DNA from: Thermotogota bacterium
GTDB lineage: Bacteria; Thermotogota; Thermotogae; Petrotogales; Kosmotogaceae
Assembly (NCBI GenBank): GCA_034660555.1
Contig: JAYEJL010000104.1
Span: 1-45,422, forward strand
Reading direction: 5' to 3'
Length of the DNA: 45,422 bases
Shown: one piece after another, positions 38,288-45,422 of the stretch
Layout of the letters: every line of letters starts with the position of its first letter
Numbering within the stretch: the stretch's first letter is position 1
Program-made: the position numbers and the translations under genes
Notes under the pieces: generated by a model
Databases searched by the model: none
Told to the model about the DNA's origin: nothing
The model's input: only the letters and a program-made list of their open reading frames with translations

Positions 38288-38740
38288 TCATTCCTCCGAT
38301 TTTTTTGATTCTTTAGTTACCGATTCCTCTGGACTGCTTTCAGGAGTTTCTTCCTTTTCCACTGGTTCTTCTGCTGCTTCATCAACCTTCTCTTCATCTT
38401 CTTCTTTCAACATTTCCTTTGGTAAACCACTTTTCTCCAGATCTTCTCTTCTGAAGGTTTGCCAGCGGAAGACCTCGGGTGTTATTTTGTAGAATTTTTC
38501 AAGAATATCGACGTTTTCCGGGTCAGCTTCGAAGATGATAATTGTGTAGTCCCCTTCTGTGAAACCTCTACCAAGACGGTAGGCTAATTTTCTAACGCCC
38601 CAGCGATTTAGCTTCCTAACTATACCCTGAACTCTTTCTTCGATCTGTTTCTTGATTTTTTCTGCGACTGCTTCCCTTGCTTCATCTTCGAGATTTGGGT
38701 CGATGATGAACATAGTTTCATAAATCCTCTGCTTTTTCAT
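38288..38740 (-). CDS. rpsF: 30S ribosomal protein S6 with an acidic C-terminal extension
   Basis: YETMFIIDP and WGVRKLAY; rpsF-ssb-rpsR gene order. Confidence 0.96.
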   Translation of the reverse strand: MKKQRIYETMFIIDPNLEDEAREAVAEKIKKQIEERVQGIVRKLNRWGVRKLAYRLGRGFTEGDYTIIIFEADPENVDILEKFYKITPEVFRWQTFRREDLEKSGLPKEMLKEEDEEKVDEAAEEPVEKEETPESSPEESVTKESKKSEE

Positions 38741-38745
38741 ACATT

Positions 38746-38792
38746 ACCTCCTCCCATGGACATATGGCCTTGCCCTCAGGCAAAGCGGGTTT
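38746..38792 (-). promoter_or_regulatory. Probable S6:S18 ribosomal leader RNA
   Basis: ACCCGC-TTTGCC-TGAG-GGCAAGG-CCATATGTCCATGGGAGGAGG forms a hairpin plus pairing into the SD of rpsF. Confidence 0.65.
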
Positions 38793-38920
38793 TCCAAACC
38801 AAGACTCATTATATCATAATGCTTAAAATTCTGCTTTAGGTTTAGTAGAATATAACACAATTTTGGGTATTCTTATTATATAGTAATTTCTGTTAAAATT
38901 TATTAAATGGAGGTGCGAGA

Positions 38921-40312
38921 GTGAACATCAAAAAAATATATGTAGGAATACACAATAATGAGAAATTGGATGAATTTTTGGATTTTATTGCAAAAAAAGG
39001 TGCCGATATTTATATAGATCCGGAACTAATTCCCACAATGGAACATTATGACATAACTTACAGAACTCTGTTGGATAAAAATATGGAAAATACTTCTGAG
39101 AGTTATCAACTGAATCTATTGAAAAAAGGAATAATTAACACGTTGATAAGTGAACCTGAGGAATATTTAAAAGATCAAAACAAACCTTTTCCTTTTTTTG
39201 ATATGCTGATACTGGATCCAAGATCAATAACGGAAGAAAAGAGAAAAAGTCTTAACGAGAAAGAATTAACAAAAGAACTGGACTATTTTTCTATAGCAGT
39301 TATGACAGCTGCTGCAAGAAATCATAGAAATGTAGTTACTGTAACCGATCCGCTGGATTACGATGATGTGATGAGTGACATAGAATACTGTGGTGATGTT
39401 ATTTTGAGAAGAAGAAGAAAGCTTGCGCTGAAGGCGTTATATAAGGTAGCCATTTACAGTTCCCAGATGCATAAAGATTTCTCGCAATATTTTGCGGCTG
39501 AGAAATATGATCATTTAACACTTGAATATGTCATGCAGTTGATATCAGATGATGGATTTCAGGAAGAATCTACACTTTACAAACTCGAAGGTGTAACAGG
39601 ATTGCTTGAGGATGTTCATATAGGAAATCCTACAAAGGGAATCTCAGTGGCTGATTTAAAAAATATTAGATTATTTATGACCCTTTATTATTACACAGAT
39701 GATATTTCTGCATTCATAGTTGATGGAAAGATATTGGAAACAAGAATAGATAATGAGATAAGGGATATTCCCATAGGGAAGAACACAATGTACGCTTCGA
39801 CACATATTGATTATTCGACTATAAAAAAACTATTTTCTTTAGGAGTAAATTCTTTTTGCGGTGCGTTTGATAAAGATGCAGTTGGATTTGCCTATCAGAA
39901 CGATATTTCAATTCTCACAGTCCCGGATAGGGAATCTGTAAGAATATCTTCAATGGAATTATCAGGATTCGAGGAATATGTAGCTAAGAAAATAAGAAAG
40001 CCTCTCAATCTCAATTCTTTGAATTTGGACGATAAACTTGCACTGTTACCGGCAATTTTGAATCCACCAATATGTGTTTCATATGCTTCGAAAGAAGAAA
40101 GCAAACAGATGATAGTATCTACATATTATGAACTAAAAAAGTCACTACAGGAGTATAAACATAACTATCCCGTAGTAGCATGTAATGTAGACATTGATGA
40201 TGAACTGGTTAATATACTCATAAAGAGTGATTTTAAAAGAATTTATTTACCTGGAAGGAAAAAGAAGTATTCCCGTAAAATGATCATCTCTTTAAGTGAG
40301 TTATTTGAATAG
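38921..40312 (+). CDS. Degenerate PurH (AICAR transformylase/IMP cyclohydrolase)-like protein
   Basis: ELDYFSIAVMTAAARNHRNVVTVTDPLDY...RRKLALKAL aligns by eye with PurH IDIGG..M.RAAAKNH..V.VV.DP.DY...R..LA.KAF; the catalytic motifs are absent. Confidence 0.7.
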   Translation: MNIKKIYVGIHNNEKLDEFLDFIAKKGADIYIDPELIPTMEHYDITYRTLLDKNMENTSESYQLNLLKKGIINTLISEPEEYLKDQNKPFPFFDMLILDPRSITEEKRKSLNEKELTKELDYFSIAVMTAAARNHRNVVTVTDPLDYDDVMSDIEYCGDVILRRRRKLALKALYKVAIYSSQMHKDFSQYFAAEKYDHLTLEYVMQLISDDGFQEESTLYKLEGVTGLLEDVHIGNPTKGISVADLKNIRLFMTLYYYTDDISAFIVDGKILETRIDNEIRDIPIGKNTMYASTHIDYSTIKKLFSLGVNSFCGAFDKDAVGFAYQNDISILTVPDRESVRISSMELSGFEEYVAKKIRKPLNLNSLNLDDKLALLPAILNPPICVSYASKEESKQMIVSTYYELKKSLQEYKHNYPVVACNVDIDDELVNILIKSDFKRIYLPGRKKKYSRKMIISLSELFE

Positions 40313-40354
40313 AATTATTTATTGCCGGATGGTTTTTCTAAGTGATGTACTAAG

Positions 40355-40383
40355 TTGACCTTTGGTAGGTTACATAATATAAT
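40355..40383 (+). promoter_or_regulatory. Promoter of SRP RNA
   Basis: TTGACC-N17-TATAAT ending 7 nt before the RNA 5' end. Confidence 0.85.
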
Positions 40384-40390
40384 TTTAGTA

Positions 40391-40655
40391 ACCATGCTAG
40401 GCGGGGAGTTGGCGGTTCCCTTAACCCGAAATCCGCCATACGCGGGGCTGAAGACTTCCTGAGGCAACATCTGGTTGTTTCACGGAGTGCAGGAAGGTGT
40501 TGATGGTCGGGTCCCACGCAACAGAAACTTGTGAATCTGGTCAGATCCGGAAGGAAGCAGCCATAAGCAAGTATTTCTGTGTGCCGTGGGAGTGCTTGGC
40601 CTGAGCTGGAATGCACCACCGGAGCAGTCAATGTTGTCAAGGGGAGGTGCATGGT
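40391..40655 (+). ncRNA. ffs: Large bacterial SRP RNA with Alu domain
   Basis: Helix 8 GGTCAGATCCGGAAGGAAGCAGCC; 5' ACCATGC pairs with 3' GCATGGT; Alu-like GGCGGGGAG...AACCCGAAATCCGC...GCGGGG; followed by a U-run. Confidence 0.95.
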
Positions 40656-40986
40656 TTTTTCTATTTTAAAGAGTTTTTAAAGATTGTAGAGATCAATTTA
40701 TAACAAAAAATGTTTACATAAAACACTTGCTGTTTAATATACAGAAAAAAATATTGTTATTCTAATAGTACCAAAAAAATCAGTTTGTATTTCTGTTATG
40801 CTCTATAACCTTTATTATTAGAAGGTTACAGAGCTATTAGATAATCTATAGTGTTCGTTATTTCTTATAAAAATCAACCTAAATCTTATGCATACCGGTG
40901 TTAAGAGATGTAGATAGTTGAAATGATAGCCCATAAAGTGTTAGAATATTGGAGACATCATGATTTCAATAGTAGGGGGTGCTCAT

Positions 40987-41259
40987 GTGAACAAAAAAGA
41001 ACTTGTGGCTGAAATTGCTGATAAGGCAGATGTAACAAAGAAACTAGCCGGTGAGGTACTTGACAATTTTATTGAAACTGTTGAAGAGCAGCTTTCAAAA
41101 GGTGAAGAGGTTAAACTTGTCGGGTTTGGCACATTCGAGGTTGCTATGAGAAAACCAAGAAAAGGTGTTAACCCGAGAACAAAAGAACCAATTAAGATTC
41201 CCGGTGGTAAAGTACCAAAATTCAGAGCCGGTAAAGAACTTAAGGAAAAAGTGAAGTAA
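40987..41259 (+). CDS. hup: DNA-binding protein HU
   Basis: (V)NKKELV, GFGTF, GVNPRT and PKFRAGKELK; GTG start after AGGGGG. Confidence 0.97.
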   Translation: MNKKELVAEIADKADVTKKLAGEVLDNFIETVEEQLSKGEEVKLVGFGTFEVAMRKPRKGVNPRTKEPIKIPGGKVPKFRAGKELKEKVK

Positions 41260-41280
41260 AGGTAAAGTCGATTTTTAAAG

Positions 41281-41318
41281 AAGCGGTGGATTATTAACGT
41301 CCACCGCTTTGTTTTTTT
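41281..41318. terminator. Terminator between hup and uvrC, overlapping the uvrC 3' end
   Basis: AAGCGGTGGA-N9-TCCACCGCTT followed by TGTTTTTTT. Confidence 0.8.
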
Positions 41319-43027
41319 ATCCAGTCAAGGATATTGTTTAGCGCTCTTCTGTCTTTAACAATTTTATAAAGTTCTTCTTCACTGGCATTCTTTATTTCTG
41401 AAATACTTCCGAAAGCTTTCAATAATCGTTTCTTCCTTTTGGGTCCAATTCCAGGAACATCGTCAAGCTTTGAACGTCTCAAACGCTTCTCTCTCAACAC
41501 TCTATGATAATGAACGGCAAATCTATGAGCTTCGTTTCGAACGGCTATCAAAAGCCTTTTAACAGGATTATCATCGGGAAGTGTTACCTTTCCTCTTTGA
41601 TCGGGAAAAACAATTTCCTCATTTTCTTTTGCTATCCCTACTATTTCACAGTCAAGATCTAGATAATCAAGAGCCTTTTTTGCAGCGACCAGTTGAGGCT
41701 TACCACCATCTATAAATAATAGATCAGGAAGTCTGTGTTTGGAATAGCGACGTCTTATTACTGTTTCGATTGCCTGAAAATCATTGGGTTTTTCAAGCTG
41801 GGTTATTCTGTAACGTCTATAACTATCTTTATAAGGTTTTCCCTTATCAAAAACTACTACAGAAGCCACAGTATATTGCCCCTGTGTGTGAGAAATATCT
41901 ATGCCATCAATTGATTCGGGTATCTTTCTTAATCCTAGCAGTTCCTTAGCCTGTTTTATTGTTTTGATTGCGTTTAAACGAAATCCAATCTCATCTTCAA
42001 TATTTTCATATGCTACTGAAATTAAGCGTTTTTCTCTTTCGTTACGGGGAGGACCTATATATTCAAACTGATCTTTAAATTCTTTACGATTTTGTCCAGT
42101 CAATGAATCCGTTATTATCGTTTCAGGAATCTCCTTTTTTCTGGAAAAATAAAACTGTGTAATAAAATCCTGTATTTGTTCACCGGGAAATTCAAAACTC
42201 AATTTTCCCAGTAGCATACCACCTCTAATTCGTAAAACTGCAATATAACCACTTGAGTGAGTTATTATGTCAGCATTATAATCCTGTGGAACATCTACAG
42301 TTTGTTTGTCATAAAGTTCATCGAACAAAGCAAGCACATCTCTTATTTCTTTCGCTTCTTCAAATTGAAGAAGATCTGAAAGTCTGTACATACGATTTTC
42401 GAGTTTTTCTCTAACATTTGATGTTTCTCCATTCAGGAAACCGCGCAGTTCACTGAGTTCTTTTTGGTATTTTTTATGTGTAATTTTTCCGGTGCACGGA
42501 GCGGAACACATCTTCAGGTGGTAAAGGAAGCACTCTCTTTTTATTTTTGACAGATCATAAGTACATGTTCTTATTTTGAATATTCGTTGAAGGAGTTCAA
42601 TTAGTTTGCGTACCAGTTTTACATTTGTGTAAGGACCGAAATATTCCCCATTATTTGAGCTTTTCAATCTTGTTATTGTGATATTGGGAAATTCATCATT
42701 TGATATTCTTATATATGGATAATGATGAGAATCAGTTAGCAATACATTGTATTTTGGTTTGTGCTTATAAATCAAATTTGCCTCAAGGAACATTGCCTCT
42801 CTTTCAGATGGCACAACAATAAAATCAATAGTTTTCGTAGCGAGATAGATTTCTTTAATTTTGTCATTTCTTGATAAATTTGATTGTCTAAAGTATGAAG
42901 ATACGCGGCTTCGAAGTCTTTTTGCTTTTCCAATATATATGATTTCATCTAGATTATCTTTAAATATGTACACCCCGGGCTTTTGTGGAAGAGCTTTGAT
43001 TCTGTCTCTAATTTCTTTTTGAGTCAT
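41294..43027 (-). CDS. uvrC: Excinuclease ABC subunit C
   Basis: GIY-YIG (PGVYIF..YIGKAK), DISH, IDGG, RNEAHRFA and HhH PGIG. Confidence 0.97.
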   Translation of the reverse strand: MTQKEIRDRIKALPQKPGVYIFKDNLDEIIYIGKAKRLRSRVSSYFRQSNLSRNDKIKEIYLATKTIDFIVVPSEREAMFLEANLIYKHKPKYNVLLTDSHHYPYIRISNDEFPNITITRLKSSNNGEYFGPYTNVKLVRKLIELLQRIFKIRTCTYDLSKIKRECFLYHLKMCSAPCTGKITHKKYQKELSELRGFLNGETSNVREKLENRMYRLSDLLQFEEAKEIRDVLALFDELYDKQTVDVPQDYNADIITHSSGYIAVLRIRGGMLLGKLSFEFPGEQIQDFITQFYFSRKKEIPETIITDSLTGQNRKEFKDQFEYIGPPRNEREKRLISVAYENIEDEIGFRLNAIKTIKQAKELLGLRKIPESIDGIDISHTQGQYTVASVVVFDKGKPYKDSYRRYRITQLEKPNDFQAIETVIRRRYSKHRLPDLLFIDGGKPQLVAAKKALDYLDLDCEIVGIAKENEEIVFPDQRGKVTLPDDNPVKRLLIAVRNEAHRFAVHYHRVLREKRLRRSKLDDVPGIGPKRKKRLLKAFGSISEIKNASEEELYKIVKDRRALNNILDWIKKQSGGR

Positions 43028-43547
43028 TTTCCATCAACTTTTCACAAATAATATCGTTTTCCTTACAATTTACTAAACCAATAGATTTCCACACTTCTTC
43101 TCCAATGGGGTTGTCAATACCTCCAAGAAAATTTGCTAATTGAAGGTGGAGGCATTTTACTGTAAGGTACTTCTTTGTACCTCCTATACCTCTGGAAATT
43201 AGATCCTCTTTTATCCAGCAAGGAGCTTTTTCAGGCAACAGAGCTTTTCTCATTTCCTTTGTTGCTTCATGAGCTAACAAAAATCTTTTTTTCATTTCCG
43301 GTTCCTTTCGAAGCCTTTTCTCGAAATATTTGATCATCCCTTTTTCTTCCAACCTGGAAACACTTTTGCGCAACAGGGGACAGGTTAGCCAAAAGATTGT
43401 GGGGAAAGGTCTGTTATTTTTAAGGGGGTAGCTCCTAATAACCTGTGGAAAATCCCATAAGCATCTCTTTATTGTAACAAAATTATTGTCAATTATTCTT
43501 TCCAGCTGGAGCTCAATTATTTTCTTTTCAGAGCAAAACCTATCCAT
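43008..43547 (-). CDS. DUF501-family protein
   Basis: PFPTIFWLTCP, SRLE, GIGG and VKCLH. Confidence 0.85.
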   Translation of the reverse strand: MDRFCSEKKIIELQLERIIDNNFVTIKRCLWDFPQVIRSYPLKNNRPFPTIFWLTCPLLRKSVSRLEEKGMIKYFEKRLRKEPEMKKRFLLAHEATKEMRKALLPEKAPCWIKEDLISRGIGGTKKYLTVKCLHLQLANFLGGIDNPIGEEVWKSIGLVNCKENDIICEKLMENDSKRN

Positions 43548-44335
43548 TCACCTTTCTCCTTCGATTTTATTATACGGTAAGGCGTATCTTTATTTGTGAA
43601 CAGCTTCTTTTGACTCTTTAGAATTCCAGAAATGACGAAAATACTGCTTTCAGTCATAATCTTTGATACATTTTTATAAAAACTGAGCAGTGGATCAACA
43701 ATCATATTAGATGCTATGAGATTGAAGGGTTTGTTTGGGTTAACACCACTTAAAAAATCTGAGTAGGCGATATCGATCTTCACATTATTTATCCAGGCTG
43801 TTTCTCTGCATTTTGAAAGAGAGTTTTCATCATTGTCTACCGCTAAAACGTAACCAGCTCCCAGTTTCATTGCAAGCACAGAAAGTATTCCTGTACCTGT
43901 CCCAATGTCAAGAAATCTGTCATTTTTCTTTAGATATTTGTTAATAAGCTCAGCACAAATTCTAGTTGTTTCATGTAAACCAGTACCAAAACTTAATCCG
44001 GGTATAATGCCAATTTTCTTTGCAGAATCAATTTTTCTTAGTTTTTGTAAAGGTATAACCTTCATACCATCAAAAATCTCGAAGGGTTTTAAGCTTTCTC
44101 TCCAGCTTTTTGTCCAGGCTTTGTTATTTTCTATTTCAAGAAACCTAAGAGGTCTGTTGGCCAGAAATGCGGGTATTTTCTCACCTTTTTTAACATAAAT
44201 ATGAGCGGCCCATCTATTGTTTGAACCATACTGAAAATAGATGTCATTAAATCCCTCAAAGTGACATTTCTCCTGGAGTAAATCAATTTCATTTTCATAA
44301 ACTTCAAATGTGAAATGAAGATAATTTTTTCTCAT
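43517..44335 (-). CDS. prmA: Ribosomal protein L11 methyltransferase
   Basis: PGLSFGTGLHETT, LDIGTGTGIL, DND and ISGIL. Confidence 0.93.
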   Translation of the reverse strand: MRKNYLHFTFEVYENEIDLLQEKCHFEGFNDIYFQYGSNNRWAAHIYVKKGEKIPAFLANRPLRFLEIENNKAWTKSWRESLKPFEIFDGMKVIPLQKLRKIDSAKKIGIIPGLSFGTGLHETTRICAELINKYLKKNDRFLDIGTGTGILSVLAMKLGAGYVLAVDNDENSLSKCRETAWINNVKIDIAYSDFLSGVNPNKPFNLIASNMIVDPLLSFYKNVSKIMTESSIFVISGILKSQKKLFTNKDTPYRIIKSKEKGEWIGFALKRK

Positions 44336-44438
44336 AGATTCACCTGAATATATTATACAGTGATAATAAACATTGATGTAAAGAACCTTTTTTGGTGCTA
44401 GTGTTAGAATAATATAAAGGAATATGGAGGTGAGCTAA

Positions 44439-45422
44439 TTGAATCGAGATTATATAAACTTAGGCGTTAAGGAAATCAGGAAACTATACCCAAAGGAACA
44501 AAAAGATGTTTACAATTTTTATTTGAAGAGGATTAAGGAACATAACAGCAAACTTAATGCCTTTGTTAGTGTTAACGAAGATATTGACAGTTTTGGTATT
44601 CCAATTGCTATTAAAGACAATATTAATGTCAAAGGAATGAAAACTACTTGTGCAAGTAAAATCCTTGAAGGTTACTACTCACCTTATGATGCCACGGTTG
44701 TTAAGAAATTAAAAAAGCACAACTTTACCATACTTGGCAAGACAAATCTTGATGAATTCGCTATGGGTTCTTCTACAGAATTTTCAATATTTGGTCCTAC
44801 TAAAAATCCATGGGATATAGAGAGAATGACAGGTGGTAGCAGTGGAGGAAGTGCAGCTGCTGTTGCTTCAGGTACAGCACCTTTTGCTCTTGGAAGTGAC
44901 ACTGGCGGTTCTGTTCGACAGCCAGCCAGTTTGTGTGGTGTAGTAGGTTTTAAACCTACATACGGACTTGTATCCAGATATGGGCTGGTCGCATTTTCTT
45001 CATCTATGGATCAAATAGGACCCATTACAAGATCTGTTGATGATGCTTTTGAAATCTTCAAAATGATTGCCAGTAAAGATTTACTTGATTCTACTACTGT
45101 TAAGATAGATAGAAATTATCCAGAATCATTTGATGAATTAGAACTCAGCGATTACAGTTTTTGTATTCCCGAAGAGTTCATGAATGCACCAAACCTTGAA
45201 GATGATGTAAAAGAAGATTTTCTTGAAATGGTTGAAAATCTTAAAAATAAAGGTGCCAATGTAGAATTCGTTAGCATTCCTTTGATTGATTATGTTGTAG
45301 CGACATATTACTTAATTGCTCCCGGAGAGGCAAGCTCGAATTTATCACGATATGACGGTATTAAATATGGAAATAGACAATCTGGTGAAGATGTGAGTGA
45401 AATAATAAACCAAAGCAGAGAT
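44439..45422 (+). CDS. gatA: Glu/Asp-tRNA amidotransferase subunit A, runs off the window
   Basis: Not in the ORF track. TTG start after GGAGGT; IAIKDNI, GKTNLDEFAMGSSTE, GGSSGGSAAAV, GSDTGGSVRQPA and EASSNLSRYDG. Confidence 0.95.
   Translation, partial: MNRDYINLGVKEIRKLYPKEQKDVYNFYLKRIKEHNSKLNAFVSVNEDIDSFGIPIAIKDNINVKGMKTTCASKILEGYYSPYDATVVKKLKKHNFTILGKTNLDEFAMGSSTEFSIFGPTKNPWDIERMTGGSSGGSAAAVASGTAPFALGSDTGGSVRQPASLCGVVGFKPTYGLVSRYGLVAFSSSMDQIGPITRSVDDAFEIFKMIASKDLLDSTTVKIDRNYPESFDELELSDYSFCIPEEFMNAPNLEDDVKEDFLEMVENLKNKGANVEFVSIPLIDYVVATYYLIAPGEASSNLSRYDGIKYGNRQSGEDVSEIINQSRD

Noticed and set aside
40350..40652. 100-aa ORF on the - strand
   Set aside because: It is antisense to the SRP RNA, a common mis-annotation.
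44336..44438. Missing gatC upstream of gatA
   Set aside because: gatC is often encoded separately, so its absence here is not informative.

Overview
This is an AT-rich bacterial chromosome segment whose gene content and order point to Thermotogota, inferred from remembered family knowledge and not from a search. The supporting genes are minC with three M42 peptidases and comEA, TM-type RNase Z next to rplI, PDO-trxB, niaR-niaP, hup with uvrC, and an Omp85. From left to right: truncated rbsD plus a LacI regulator; a ~17.7 kb run of 20 tightly packed minus-strand genes from minC to bamA; tRNA-Glu/Val/Phe; leuS; niaP-niaR; a Gfo/Idh oxidoreductase, treT, a ROK regulator and a sugar ABC transporter; an S66 peptidase; trxB-pdo; SPFH/NfeD; rnz; rplI; rpsR-ssb-rpsF; a degenerate PurH; large SRP RNA; hup; uvrC-DUF501-prmA; truncated gatA. 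I saw no CRISPR, prophage or IS element. The best candidate for an uncharacterised system is a five-gene module (DRTGG / CBS-Ser kinase / DRTGG / PHP / stand-alone HATPase). It sits between thyX and bamA without the hydrogenase genes it usually accompanies. Also notable are full-length but catalytically degenerate AroB and PurH homologues, a 41-bp duplication whose junction forms a near-consensus promoter for niaR, a CsoR-like operator before pdo-trxB, and a LeuRS with HIGN in place of HIGH.
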